Positions 8,605 through 18,929 are shown, numbered from the stretch's first letter. The stretch: 47,650 bases of DNA from Patescibacteria group bacterium (GCA_038078755.1 JBBTSQ010000032.1:1-47650), one strand, 5' to 3'. Made by a program: numbers and translations. The notes: generated by a model not told the origin, from the sequence alone.

Positions 8605-9585
8605 ATGCGCTTCTCAAAAAAACAATTAATTGTCGGCATAGTGACCCTGCTCATTATCGGAGCAATTGCCTACCTCGGATTTAAAAAACCATCTGAAAAA
8701 ATATCCAAACTGTCCCCCGCAGAACAGAGGATCGCGGCGATTTTGGAAAAAGATGCTGACGAAGACGGTCTCAAAGATTGGGAGGAAGTGCTCTGGAAAA
8801 CCGACTCACACAACAAAGACAGCGATCAAGACGGCACGAGTGATGGAGAAGAAGTGTCGCTCGGCAGAAATCCGACCAAGCCTGCACCTGATGACTTCTT
8901 GAGCACCGACACGGGAACAGCCAGCACCACGACCGGTTCGACTGCGCCTAAAACCGCCACCGAAAGCTTTTCTCGAGATTTTTTCGCTAAATATATTACC
9001 TTAAAGAAAAATCAGGAAGAAGTGAGCGAAGAAGATCAAAATTTGATTATCGCCGAACTCTTGTCCAAAGAATATGCGCCGATCGAGAAGAAAACCTACG
9101 ATCTTTCATCAATCCGCATCAGTGCCGACAGCTCAAAAACCGCTCTACGCGCCTACGGCAATGCTATCGGCAAGAGTTTTATCGACAGCACCCCACAAGT
9201 GGTTGAAAACGAACTCACCCTCTTTGAAAATGCTTTGAATATCAAAAATGAAGGGGGAGATGGAAGCGCTGAAATCGCTAAACTTGACCTGATCATTGCC
9301 GGATACCAAAAAAACATCAAAGATATTCTCGCTCTTAGAACACCGAGGACGGCTCAAGACCTTCATATCGCGCTACTTAATGCGTTAAGTGGAGTTACGG
9401 TCGCCATTGAATCGTTGCGTATAGGCTATGACGATCCAGTGCGCGGTCTGACCGCCGTACAAGTCTATCAGACTGAAGTACTGGCCTTATCTGAAGCCAT
9501 GACCCAGCTGTACGCCTACTTTGTCAGAAACGGCGTTACTTTTACACAGGATGAAGGTGGTTATATCTTTGCAAGCGTTATATAA
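8605..9585 (+). CDS. Signal-anchored protein with thrombospondin-type-3-like Ca-binding Asp repeats, paralog of 7655..8419
   Basis: ATG 8605 is preceded by TGCTATACT plus 7 nt. N-terminal TM 'LIVGIVTLLIIGAIAYLGF'. Acidic repeats 'DADEDGLKDWEE' and 'DSDQDGTSDGEE'. The C-terminal domain is shared with the upstream gene. Confidence 0.65.
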   Translation: MRFSKKQLIVGIVTLLIIGAIAYLGFKKPSEKISKLSPAEQRIAAILEKDADEDGLKDWEEVLWKTDSHNKDSDQDGTSDGEEVSLGRNPTKPAPDDFLSTDTGTASTTTGSTAPKTATESFSRDFFAKYITLKKNQEEVSEEDQNLIIAELLSKEYAPIEKKTYDLSSIRISADSSKTALRAYGNAIGKSFIDSTPQVVENELTLFENALNIKNEGGDGSAEIAKLDLIIAGYQKNIKDILALRTPRTAQDLHIALLNALSGVTVAIESLRIGYDDPVRGLTAVQVYQTEVLALSEAMTQLYAYFVRNGVTFTQDEGGYIFASVI

Positions 9586-9592
9586 TTAGCGA

Positions 9593-11755
9593 ATGTACCG
9601 GGCTTCTTTTTATAAGAAGTGCATTGTTGCTCTTTTGATAGGGAGCTTTGCGCTTAGTTCTCTTTCTTTTACCGGAAAAGTATACGCCCAAGAAGGGGTC
9701 ATTACGTCAGACTTTGTAACTCGCGTAAAAAGCACAATTACCAGTATTCAAAGTACTCTCGTCGCTTTCAACAGTACACAAAGCCTTTTAAACAACACCA
9801 TTCTCCGTAAACTCGCTGTCACGATGATGCGCGCCATCATCAAGCAGATGTCGAGTGATATTATCACCTGGATCAACAGTGGTTTTGAAGGGAGCCCTGC
9901 TTTTGCCACCAATCCCGGAGGACTATTTCTCGATATCGCTGACGAAACTATCGGCCAATTTATTGAAGGCTCTGATCTCGGATTTCTCTGTTCACCATTC
10001 CGCCTCGATATCCGTATCGCGCTCGCCCAAAGCTTCCAACCGTACCGAAGAAGAGCGGGTTGTACCTTGACCGGTATCGGCAACAACGTGACTGGCTTTA
10101 TCGAAGGCAACAACTCCGGCGGATGGGACAACTGGCTCGCTCGCACCACCCAACCACAAAACAATCCGTACACTTCCTTTTTGATGGCGCAAAACGAGGT
10201 GGCCATCCGTATTGCGGGGAGAAAAGAAATTAAAGTGGCACAACTCAACTGGGGTAATGGATTTTTGAGTTGGGAGAAATGTAGCGACACTATCTACACC
10301 CAAGAGGCTCGAGAGGCAGCTAATCTCGAAAACGGCTCGGCGGCAAAAGGCACCGCGGCTTACGAATCATCCCAGAAGCAAATCAAAGCTACCCAAAGCT
10401 GTGACACCCAAACTCCCGGGAAAGTCATCCAAGACCAGTTGAGCCACACGCTCGGCACCGATCTCCGTCAGCTCGAACTCGCCGATGAAATTGATAAAAT
10501 TATCGGCGCATTGGTGACACAAGCTGCTAAACAAGCGCTTGGCGGAGTAGGCGGTCTCCTTGGCGCAAGCAAACCGCAAGCAAGTCAGGGTGGTCGGTCA
10601 TTCCTCGATACTTACAACAACACCAATCGAGACGCGCTACTTCTGCAACAAGGAGGGGAGAGTGAAATTAGCAAACGAATTACTGCAAGCAGTACTGCAT
10701 TCAACGCACAAGCACAACAACAAGAATCTGCGATTCGAATAGAGAATTCAACAGCTGTTGGTGGAGGCAGTGGAGAGTTTATTGATACCACCGAGAGAAA
10801 TATTGCGCTAAACAAACTTGCTTTCCAATCAAGTATCCAAAATGGCTACGGTCCACACCTTGCTATCGACGGAAATCTTGACGCTATTCCAAGTGGTTAT
10901 TTCAAGAATCTTGCGATTACCAACACCGAAAACCAGCCGTGGTGGGAAGTTGATCTGGGTAAAAATTACGCTATCAATCGCGTGATTATTTCTCCGCGAG
11001 GCGATGGTTATGACCCACTGATTAATTTCCATCTCTTCACTTCACCAAATCCATTCCCATCAAATTTCAACCCTGTTCTTGCGGCAACCGGCAGTGTCTT
11101 CAAGAGCTCGATTCAAAATCCGCCGGCGCCATACACCAACACCATCACGATACCGGTCAATCGAGACGCTCGATATGTTCGCATTCAAGCGGTTGACACT
11201 CGGAGTATCGACCTTGCTGAAGTACGGGTGTTTGGGGCCGATATCGCAGTCGGAGGTGGGGTAAATGGCAACACCAATCCAACCGATGATTTTGAACAAC
11301 CGCTTTCAATTTTCATCAATCCGGAAACTGCGCAGGGTATCACTTTTGGCCGAGGTGGATTGTTTAGTACTAGCTTTAGAATTACCGGAAACAAAGATGC
11401 TGTTGGATTAAAGGTAGAAAGCAACCTCTATCTTATTTCTGGGGCAAGTCGATCATCAGCGACATTTAGTGGCGTGTTTTCACAACTTCAAGCTCGATTG
11501 AGAAATAGTGGTGTCAACACCCCAACAAATGTCCCCCTAACTAGTTCACAATATGTAGTGACTCCGAGCGCAGACTTGAGTCGAGACTACGAATTTTCAG
11601 TCACCTATACAGGGAACGCTTTGCCGGTCTGCACCTATGGCTACAGAAATTGTCCGTACGTCTCCGGAGGCAACTACCAACTCGACACTAGCATCAAAGA
11701 TGTAGACGGTACCGTGCTTGGCAGACAAGTCACCGAGTTTACCTTCAACCCATAA
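9593..11755 (+). CDS. Large secreted protein with a central fucolectin/F5-8-type-C (discoidin) lectin-like domain
   Basis: Signal peptide 'ALLIGSFALSSLSFTGKVYAQ'. The stretch 'NKLAFQSS...HLAIDGN...NQPWWEVDLGKNYAINRVIISPRGD...YVRIQAV...LAEVRVFG' (about nt 10790-11230) fits the FTP/discoidin signature. The gene is tightly packed in an operon with its neighbours. Confidence 0.75.
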   Translation: MYRASFYKKCIVALLIGSFALSSLSFTGKVYAQEGVITSDFVTRVKSTITSIQSTLVAFNSTQSLLNNTILRKLAVTMMRAIIKQMSSDIITWINSGFEGSPAFATNPGGLFLDIADETIGQFIEGSDLGFLCSPFRLDIRIALAQSFQPYRRRAGCTLTGIGNNVTGFIEGNNSGGWDNWLARTTQPQNNPYTSFLMAQNEVAIRIAGRKEIKVAQLNWGNGFLSWEKCSDTIYTQEAREAANLENGSAAKGTAAYESSQKQIKATQSCDTQTPGKVIQDQLSHTLGTDLRQLELADEIDKIIGALVTQAAKQALGGVGGLLGASKPQASQGGRSFLDTYNNTNRDALLLQQGGESEISKRITASSTAFNAQAQQQESAIRIENSTAVGGGSGEFIDTTERNIALNKLAFQSSIQNGYGPHLAIDGNLDAIPSGYFKNLAITNTENQPWWEVDLGKNYAINRVIISPRGDGYDPLINFHLFTSPNPFPSNFNPVLAATGSVFKSSIQNPPAPYTNTITIPVNRDARYVRIQAVDTRSIDLAEVRVFGADIAVGGGVNGNTNPTDDFEQPLSIFINPETAQGITFGRGGLFSTSFRITGNKDAVGLKVESNLYLISGASRSSATFSGVFSQLQARLRNSGVNTPTNVPLTSSQYVVTPSADLSRDYEFSVTYTGNALPVCTYGYRNCPYVSGGNYQLDTSIKDVDGTVLGRQVTEFTFNP

Positions 11756-11758
11756 TTT

Positions 11759-13567
11759 ATGAAGCGCTACTTTACACATAGCGGGATAGTGCTTGGAGCA
11801 ATAGCCTTCTTTGGGTTGTCTTTTGGGGTGGCACATGCTCAAAACCCAGTGACTGCTGCCGTGGGTAGTTTTTTTAGCTTTAGTCTGGATACAATAGCAC
11901 TGATTGCCACATACCCACTTGAAATGCTTAGCGCCGCAATGGCAACCATCCTTTCAATAGCTGGTACACTCCTCGACACCACTATTAAACTTTCTCTCGA
12001 TACTTCATGGTACAAGGGAGCTACTGGACCAATCATTACTCTCGGATGGGGGATTGTTCGAGACTTTTTCAATCTCACCTTTATCTTCATCCTGCTGTAC
12101 AACGGCATCCGAATTATCCTTGATCTCGACAACACTCCTGACGCAAAGAGGATCGCGACCGATGTACTGATCGCCGCGCTCCTTATCAATTTCAGTCTCT
12201 TCTTCACCCAGCTCATTATTGATGGTAGCAATATGCTGGCGGTTGGGCTCTACAACAGCATTCAGACAGTTGTAAACAGCGCTGGCGCCAATAGTGTCAG
12301 TGAGGCAATCAACGTGGTTTTTGCCAACCAAGCATTGTACAACATGGGTATAAATGCGACCGGCGGATTTGATAGATTTATCAATGTTGTTTTGCGAATT
12401 GTCTTTAGTGGTATCACTGTTTACGTCTTTTTGAGCGTCTCGTTCCTCTTTATCGGCCGATTCGTGGCATTTTTCCTCCTGATGATTACTTCGCCAATCT
12501 GGATTGCGGGGGCATTGATTCCTCGACTCAAACACTATCAAGATGAGTTCCAAAAGACCTTGTTTGACCAAGCAATGCTTGCCCCCGTTTTCCTTTTCTT
12601 CCTCTATATTATCTTACAGGTGATCACTAGTGACGTGTTTGTAGCTCTAAGCCAGTCGGGAAGTGAGGTACCGGGGGGAGGCACCAACAAGACAGGGCAG
12701 ATTCTAGTCTTCGCTATTTTGGCGGCGCTACTCCTCATTGCAAAATCTGAAGCGACCAGATTGAGTGGGGAAATAGGAAAGACGATAAACGGGTATATTG
12801 GTACTGCTGCCGGCCTTGCGGCGGGTGGAGTGGGACTAATCGGTGGGGGAATTGCAAGAACTGTGGCATCAAGTACATTTGGCAAGAAAGTGATCGGTGA
12901 TGCAGTAACTGGTACAAACCAAATGGTTGGTGGAATAGGGGCGAAAGTTAATTCCGTTACTAGCCGAATTCCTTTGATGGGTAAAAAGATGCAAATTGAT
13001 GTAGCAAAGAATCAAGCCTCGGTAAGTAATGTGGGCAAAGCATTGCAAGAGGGCACCTATGACCCTCGTCGCATGACCCTACCAGGCGCAGGAAAAATCC
13101 TTGAAGCCACTATCGGTGCTAAAAATCTTGGTGGTTTATTTAAAAAAGCGGGGATTGATATGGGAGATACAAAAAGCCCTGCCGAAATTGAACGAGAAAG
13201 ACGAAAGGAGGCTGAGGAAAAAATCAAAGATTCAGCAAAAAAGAAACGGGAAGAAGATAATAAAGCACTCAACATCTATGTTACTGATCGATCAAGAACT
13301 TCTATTGAAATCAAAAATGCTATCGAAGGTATGGACAAAGATCAGTTTAAATCTATTGACCCTAAGGTATTCGCTGAAAATGTACATGCAGCCCGTAGTT
13401 TGAGTAAGGCACAACTTCAAAAACTTCAAGAAAATGCGTCTGTAACACAAGCAGATAGAATCGCAATAAAAAATCACATAGTAACCCCTCCTCCTCTCCC
13501 AGGAGTTGCCCTAACAGAAGCGGAACAGTTTATGCTCACCGGGGCAGGAAGAGCTCTTTGGCAATAG
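11759..13567 (+). CDS. Polytopic (>=7 TM) membrane protein with a charged C-terminal tail, VirB6/TrbL-like candidate
   Basis: Signal-like N-terminus and many long hydrophobic helices. The tail 'ERERRKEAEEKIKDSAKKKREEDNK' is Lys/Glu-rich. Its context with VirB4/PrgI-like genes supports the call, but family assignment is not verifiable by eye. Confidence 0.55.
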   Translation: MKRYFTHSGIVLGAIAFFGLSFGVAHAQNPVTAAVGSFFSFSLDTIALIATYPLEMLSAAMATILSIAGTLLDTTIKLSLDTSWYKGATGPIITLGWGIVRDFFNLTFIFILLYNGIRIILDLDNTPDAKRIATDVLIAALLINFSLFFTQLIIDGSNMLAVGLYNSIQTVVNSAGANSVSEAINVVFANQALYNMGINATGGFDRFINVVLRIVFSGITVYVFLSVSFLFIGRFVAFFLLMITSPIWIAGALIPRLKHYQDEFQKTLFDQAMLAPVFLFFLYIILQVITSDVFVALSQSGSEVPGGGTNKTGQILVFAILAALLLIAKSEATRLSGEIGKTINGYIGTAAGLAAGGVGLIGGGIARTVASSTFGKKVIGDAVTGTNQMVGGIGAKVNSVTSRIPLMGKKMQIDVAKNQASVSNVGKALQEGTYDPRRMTLPGAGKILEATIGAKNLGGLFKKAGIDMGDTKSPAEIERERRKEAEEKIKDSAKKKREEDNKALNIYVTDRSRTSIEIKNAIEGMDKDQFKSIDPKVFAENVHAARSLSKAQLQKLQENASVTQADRIAIKNHIVTPPPLPGVALTEAEQFMLTGAGRALWQ

Positions 13568-13579
13568 TTTTACATCACT

Positions 13580-14281
13580 ATGTTACCAAACAAAAACAAT
13601 CTGCAAGAAGCATATGCGAATCTCCCACAAGATTTGAAAGATGCATTGTATTCAATAGATTTTGCCAAAACCATCCAAACTATTGGAACTGACCAAGGTC
13701 TTCTAATAGACCAGACCGGTAAACTGGCTGAAGAAATCGGTTTTGTGATGCTCGGCGTTACTCATCCGGACAAATTCGCAGACACTATTGTGCGCAAACT
13801 CTCTATTTCAACAGAAAAAGCATATGCAATCACTAAAGAAGTAAACGAGAAGATATTTCTAAGTATCCGCGCGTCGCTTCAGAAAATCCACTCGGGGGAG
13901 GGAATTGGGGAAGACGACTCCGACACTTCGGTCGGAGCTCCGACTAAAACGTCGGAGCAGGAGACAGTTCGTGTCAATCTGACACAAACTAGCCCCGATT
14001 TTGACCATATTCCAAGCCGAGAATCCGTGCTGGCGGAAATTGAGAATCCAAAATCAATAGTAAACACTGGCCCAGTAAATGCTTTGGCTCCCAAACCTCC
14101 CCTAAACAACCTACCTCAAGCACCTCTAACAAAAACAGTCCTTACTAATGAAAAGACGGCTCCTGCTCCAGTCAATCTGCCCACCGCCCCAGTAGGCATT
14201 CTCGAGAGCAAGCTCCATACCGTCGTCAAAAGCGAAAATCCCACCCCTAAACACGATCCGTATCGAGAGCCAGTAGAGTAG
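13580..14281 (+). CDS. Hypothetical protein with a Pro-rich C-terminal half
   Basis: 233-aa ORF, 12 nt after the preceding gene. No recognisable motif. Confidence 0.5.
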   Translation: MLPNKNNLQEAYANLPQDLKDALYSIDFAKTIQTIGTDQGLLIDQTGKLAEEIGFVMLGVTHPDKFADTIVRKLSISTEKAYAITKEVNEKIFLSIRASLQKIHSGEGIGEDDSDTSVGAPTKTSEQETVRVNLTQTSPDFDHIPSRESVLAEIENPKSIVNTGPVNALAPKPPLNNLPQAPLTKTVLTNEKTAPAPVNLPTAPVGILESKLHTVVKSENPTPKHDPYREPVE

Positions 14282-14429
14282 ACACAAAACTCACAATACA
14301 CAACATACAACTTACAATCAGAGGAGACACGTTAGAGACCCTCTCTTTTATGAGGTGACACCTGAGAATCAGAGAATAATTCGTTAGGTCTTGCCTAACG
14401 CATTAAATAAAAAGTGGGTATGATATAAA

Positions 14430-15026
14430 CTATACTAATTTTTGTTGTAAACTCTCGCATGCAATAACTTCAGCATTACGAATTAAAATTGTTCTGCTTG
14501 TTGTGTACGACAACCCTTTGTTTGGTAGGTTCTCAAACCCAAGATATATGCAACTCACCTTTCGAAGCCGCACCTCAAGAATTGCTGGTTGCAAATCGGA
14601 ATCAGAACTGGCAAGAATAATCTCTTTTACTTTTTTATCACACACCAAACTGACCATATCAACAGCAATTTTCACATCAACACCTTTTTCTTTGAATACG
14701 AGAATCTTCCTCCCATTTTGTCCATCTTCCATTTGAGCACGAACACGGCCGCTCAAAACTACTTCAAACCCTTGTTTTTCAAGATGCGTTTTGAGTAAAC
14801 GCTGATCCTCAATGAGTTGTTTTGACTTCTCTTTACTGCTTTCGTGTTCCTTGATCCGAGCAAAATAAAATACTCGCCTCTGTATGACAGTACCCTTGAG
14901 TACTGTATCAAATAGACGTTTGAAATCATATTGATGCCATACCAACTTCTCTTTTTTAGCATCGACAAAAACAGCCTTAATTTTACCTTTGAGATTCTCG
15001 CCATCAATCAACAGTACTGTGTCCAT
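14430..15026 (-). CDS. NYN-domain (LabA/DUF88, PIN-like) putative ribonuclease
   Basis: 'VLLIDGENL', 'GVDVKIAVDM' and 'ILASSDSDLQPAI' supply the conserved acidic residues of the NYN fold. TGCTACAAT lies 8 nt upstream of the ATG. Confidence 0.8.
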   Translation of the reverse strand: MDTVLLIDGENLKGKIKAVFVDAKKEKLVWHQYDFKRLFDTVLKGTVIQRRVFYFARIKEHESSKEKSKQLIEDQRLLKTHLEKQGFEVVLSGRVRAQMEDGQNGRKILVFKEKGVDVKIAVDMVSLVCDKKVKEIILASSDSDLQPAILEVRLRKVSCIYLGFENLPNKGLSYTTSRTILIRNAEVIACESLQQKLV

Positions 15027-15245
15027 TTAACCCTATTGTAGCAAAAGGCAACGCAAAACCCCAGCGGACCTTTCGGCTAGCTGGGGCGTGTATAAATACA
15101 TACTATACTATAGAATATTTTTCGTCAATGGGGTGTTGATAAGTAAGACATAGCGCATGTACATCCAATCAAAGGAAATGAATTCAACAGCAGAGCAGCT
15201 CTGCTCTGTCATTGGAGGCAGTCTTATTGAGCCATAATATGAAGT

Positions 15246-15288
15246 AAAGGCTCAATCCGCCGTGGCGGATTGAGCCTTTACCTTTTTT
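15246..15288. terminator. Hairpin aaaggctcaatccgcc-gtgg-ggcggattgagccttt with a T-run on the plus strand
   Basis: 13-bp GC-rich stem followed by 'accttttttg' on the plus strand. It lies just downstream of the minus-strand PrgI-like gene. A near-identical hairpin occurs at 33528-33561. Confidence 0.6.
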
Positions 15289-15321
15289 GATTGTAAATTG
15301 TGAGTTGTGGGTTGTGAGTTG

Positions 15322-15741
15322 TCAGTTACCCCTTTTCCCCACATCTTTCACGTCCAAACTCCACGTCAAATCCTTGAGCTTGCTATCTGAAAGGCGGGGG
15401 ACGTAGAGAGGAACAGAGGTTTCTGGTACCTGTTCAGCACTTGGGGTAATCACTTTGTCTTGTTTTTTCCAAATAAACAACTTTGAACCCATACTATACT
15501 TAAATGCCGCCTCCACCACCTCGATAAATGGCTTGCCGTTTATTTTATAAAATGCCAGCGCGAGACCAAAGCCCATTATCACAATAATTGGCAGGCCAGA
15601 AATATAAATCGAGGGGGTAAATCGGAAAATCAAAAAAGATAGCCCGCCGGCGCCGGTGAGGTAGATAAATTGTCGAAGTGTCAGTATGCCACCAATAATT
15701 TTGTCCTGCACTTCAATAAATTGAGGCACTTGAAATTGCAT
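15322..15741 (-). CDS. PrgI-family (VirB3-like) small T4SS membrane protein
   Basis: 'MQFQVPQFIEVQDKIIGGILTLRQFIYL' followed by two TM helices is the PrgI-family N-terminal pattern. The gene lies immediately downstream of the VirB4-like gene. Confidence 0.7.
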   Translation of the reverse strand: MQFQVPQFIEVQDKIIGGILTLRQFIYLTGAGGLSFLIFRFTPSIYISGLPIIVIMGFGLALAFYKINGKPFIEVVEAAFKYSMGSKLFIWKKQDKVITPSAEQVPETSVPLYVPRLSDSKLKDLTWSLDVKDVGKRGN

Positions 15742-15895
15742 AGGGTAAGTATAGCAGGCAAAATCAATTTTGTCAGAAAAATTGATTTTGCCTGCTAAAT
15801 TTCTAATACCTAAGTCCTAATTTCTAAATAAAATTAAGAAATGGCTCTTTTTCTTAGAGTTAGGAATTATAATTTAGAACTTAGGACTTTCGCGA

Positions 15896-17710
15896 CTACT
15901 TTGCACTTGTCGCGAGTTCCTGCTTCGCCCGTTTAATAGCCAAGATTTGAGAAGGGTCTGAAGTAATAATCTGATCTTCGGTGTACGAAGCAATCACTTT
16001 AATCGCCACATGTTTCAATCCCACAAAGAAAATCCCTTCTCCCACATCAGATTCGAGCAAGAGGAATTTTTCTTCATCGGTAAGATTGAACGTCTTTTGA
16101 ACAGTATCAATCGAGGACGGAGATTGTTTGAGCAAAATCTGGATTGATGAGTTGGTCACAATCGGCAAGCCATATGGTGATTTCAAAAAGTCATCGACGT
16201 CTTGGGTGATGGTGGCAAGTCCCAAATAATATTTTCGTCCGCGCTTTGCAAGGGAGAGCAGGAAGGATGCGGTGTCTTCCGACTTCATCATCCACCACGC
16301 TTCATCGATCACCAAAAGGCGTTTTTTGAGATTCTTACGCACCGCGTTCCAGATATAATGAGTGACAATATACATCGCTACCGGCTTCAACTCATCTTCC
16401 ATATCCCGAAGCGAGAAGACGATAAATTTCTTGTTGATATCAACGTTGGTCGGACGATTGATAAAGCCCGCCCACGTCCCCTTGGTATATTTGGTCAGTT
16501 TTTGTACCAGTGAATCTGCTCCCTCCATACCAGCGAGCACCAGCTCAAAGTCAGAGAGAAGTGGCGGTTCTATTTTTGAGAAGTCAGCATCGGCGGTAAT
16601 ACCTTTGAGCGCGTAGGTTTCGGTAATCGCTCGATCAATAATCGCATCTTCTTCGGGCGAAAGTCCCCCGAGCATAATGCGGAATAGTCCGACCAAATTG
16701 ATGATGTTTGATCGAAGAACATCGGCAGGGGACTCATCTTCTCTTGGGATTGGCAGATCAAATGGGTTGATGTGGTTGGTAGAGTTGAGAGAGATATTAA
16801 AATACTTTCCACCGGTAGCTTCTGCCATATATTCATACTCACGTTCTGGGTCAATCACAATCACCTCGGTATCAAACATCAACGTACGCAAAATCTCGAG
16901 TTTGGTAGTGTATGATTTTCCTGAACCGGATTTTGCAAAAGTGATCGAGTTGTAATTTTCAAGTGAAAATCGGTCAAACAGCACCATGCTCGAGTTGTGG
17001 CGGTTGACTCCAAACAAAATTCCCTTGTCAGATGTCAGGTCAAAGGATACAAATGGGAACATACTCGAAAGCGGGGAGGAGTTGAGTTTCGAATGTACAT
17101 TGAGCTGGTCATCCACAATCGGCAATGAGCTCATATATCCTTGCTCCTGTTGAAACAGCGCTGGTTTCACATAGACCAATTTTGATTCGAGAATCGATTT
17201 GATTTCCGACTCGGTCTTATCAAGTTCATTCACATTTTCACCATAAATAGTGATGTATAGTCCAACATCAAAAAGCTTTTCTTGGGCTTGCTGGAGATTA
17301 TCTCGAAGGCCTTCGAGATCGTGATAGGCAGTATCGAGCATTGGATCGCGGACGAGTCCTTTCGCTTCACGTTGATTAATCTGGCTCTGTACTTCGGCCA
17401 CTTTCTTTTGAAATTGGCGGAGTACCTGCGCGGTATCAATCGGATGAATAAAAAGAGAAATGTTGAAAATCTTTTCGAGATTGATAATAGGGGAGAACCA
17501 TGAGTCAGTCAAAAAGCGCGGGTAGGAAATGACAAAAAAGGTGCGGACGATCTTGTCTCCCAAATTGAGCTCTCGGGGGCTGATTTTGAGCGCGCTTGGC
17601 GCGATCACATCTTGGAGTTCAAGCACCCCTGCATCATAAATTTGCTGGGGCAGAATCGGCGCAATACTCGCCTCTGGCTTTTTCTTTTTTAAGAAATCAA
17701 AAAATCCCAT
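15896..17710 (-). CDS. virB4: VirB4/TraC/PrgJ-like type IV secretion ATPase
   Basis: Walker A 'AKSGSGKSYTTK', Walker B 'RLLVIDEAWWMM' and 'LATITQDVDDF'. The N-terminal 'IAPSALKI...VRTFFVISYPRFL' domain is typical of VirB4. Confidence 0.9.
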   Translation of the reverse strand: MGFFDFLKKKKPEASIAPILPQQIYDAGVLELQDVIAPSALKISPRELNLGDKIVRTFFVISYPRFLTDSWFSPIINLEKIFNISLFIHPIDTAQVLRQFQKKVAEVQSQINQREAKGLVRDPMLDTAYHDLEGLRDNLQQAQEKLFDVGLYITIYGENVNELDKTESEIKSILESKLVYVKPALFQQEQGYMSSLPIVDDQLNVHSKLNSSPLSSMFPFVSFDLTSDKGILFGVNRHNSSMVLFDRFSLENYNSITFAKSGSGKSYTTKLEILRTLMFDTEVIVIDPEREYEYMAEATGGKYFNISLNSTNHINPFDLPIPREDESPADVLRSNIINLVGLFRIMLGGLSPEEDAIIDRAITETYALKGITADADFSKIEPPLLSDFELVLAGMEGADSLVQKLTKYTKGTWAGFINRPTNVDINKKFIVFSLRDMEDELKPVAMYIVTHYIWNAVRKNLKKRLLVIDEAWWMMKSEDTASFLLSLAKRGRKYYLGLATITQDVDDFLKSPYGLPIVTNSSIQILLKQSPSSIDTVQKTFNLTDEEKFLLLESDVGEGIFFVGLKHVAIKVIASYTEDQIITSDPSQILAIKRAKQELATSAK

Positions 17711-17778
17711 ATAGACATAGTATACTATGTAAATTTCTAATTTCTAAGTCCTAATTTCTAATAACTGCTGATTGGACA

Positions 17779-18154
17779 TTACTTTGTAACACTTTTATCT
17801 CTCGAATTCTTCACAATGGTAATAAAAATGAGGTGTAATTCGTGGGCTTCCTGCCACAAACGCCTTGCGGTATCAGCATATTCTGGTTTTGCTCGAGCAA
17901 TCATTCTGAGCCAATATCTCGATTCTTTGGCTTCTTCTTTACAAATACCAATTTTATGTTCAAAATCCTTTTTTGATTCTGCACAATCAGCCTCGCAATA
18001 AATTAGAGCCAATACTTGTTGCAGACCGCGCAAGCTGATTTACCAGTGTTGAAGTAATACTATCTTTAGGAATTTTCTTTAAAAAGTCTATGGCTTTTTC
18101 TCCAAATACCGCCGTCCTCTCCTCGAGATCATAAACTTTCTTGCTCTGATTCAT
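17779..18154 (-). pseudogene. Four-helix-bundle protein gene (23S rRNA-IVS / Avd-like family) disrupted by a +1 frameshift near 18000-18002
   Basis: From ATG 18154 the reading frame gives 'MNQSKKVYDLEERTAVFGEKAIDFLKKIPKD..NQLARSATSIGSN', then stops at codon 56. The family continuation 'YCEADCAESKKDFEHKIGICKEEAKESRYWL' is in the next frame. One extra T in 'aatTtat' explains the shift. Confidence 0.7.
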
Positions 18155-18183
18155 TAGAAATTATAATTTAGAAATTAGGGATT

Positions 18184-18225
18184 GCCCATTTCTTTAGCTT
18201 AGTCGACTAAGCTAAAGAAATGGGC
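18184..18225. terminator. 42-nt perfect palindrome overlapping the stop codon of 18207..18848
   Basis: gcccatttctttagcttagtc|gactaagctaaagaaatgggc, a 21-bp stem centred on GTCGAC. Confidence 0.6.
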
Positions 18226-18848
18226 TTCTCGGTGTCGCCTGGATTAAATATCTTGTAAAACAACTCGATGATTTCCTCGGTACCAAGCTGAACCACTCGA
18301 ACACCCGACCGCATCAGCCCTTGGGTCACCACAGACGCTCGCTGGTCAAGCTGGGTGCGATTTTCTTCAAACGAAGCGGTTTTCTCTGCTACAGTTTCTT
18401 GCCCTTTTTTTGAAAAAATACCACCGACGCCCTTGGAAGCATTGAGGGTTGGGGGTGTATATGGTACAGACACAAAGAAAGTCTTAGTCATAATGTTGGC
18501 GTTGTCGGTAAAGTTTTTCACAAATTCGATATACTCGCGAGTTTGAATTTTCAAAATATCACTCATTTGCTGTTTTTGTCGCTCTTCAAGGAGAGCGACG
18601 TACGGCCTGATATCAAGCCGACGAGATTGCACAAACACTTGTATAGAAAAATCGAGAGAGTTTAGGAAATTTTGGAATTGGTAGATGATAGATTGCTGTT
18701 CGTCTGCCGATTTCAAGGCGAAGTTGATCGATGATGCCATCAAAATAATTCGCATCCCGCCGTTTTTGAGAATAAGTACCCCATCTCGTACCTCCTTGAT
18801 CGGTACAAATTCTTGAGTGGTTTTTGCATTTTGGGTACTTTCAGACAT
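18207..18848 (-). CDS. Stand-alone protein resembling the N-terminal domain of Gram-positive VirB4/TraC ATPases
   Basis: 'FVPIKEVRDGVLILKNGGMRIILMASSINFALKSADEQQSIIYQFQNFLNSLDFSIQVFV' follows the N-domain pattern seen in Tn916 Orf16-type VirB4. There is no Walker motif. ATG 18848 is preferred because the upstream ATG 18866 lies inside a TGGTATACT box. Confidence 0.5.
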   Translation of the reverse strand: MSESTQNAKTTQEFVPIKEVRDGVLILKNGGMRIILMASSINFALKSADEQQSIIYQFQNFLNSLDFSIQVFVQSRRLDIRPYVALLEERQKQQMSDILKIQTREYIEFVKNFTDNANIMTKTFFVSVPYTPPTLNASKGVGGIFSKKGQETVAEKTASFEENRTQLDQRASVVTQGLMRSGVRVVQLGTEEIIELFYKIFNPGDTEKPISLA

Positions 18849-18929
18849 TTGAGGTAAGTATACCATAGGAGGAAATTCCTAATTCCTAAATTATAATTTC
18901 TAATGGGGATAATGGTGGAGGGGAAATTT

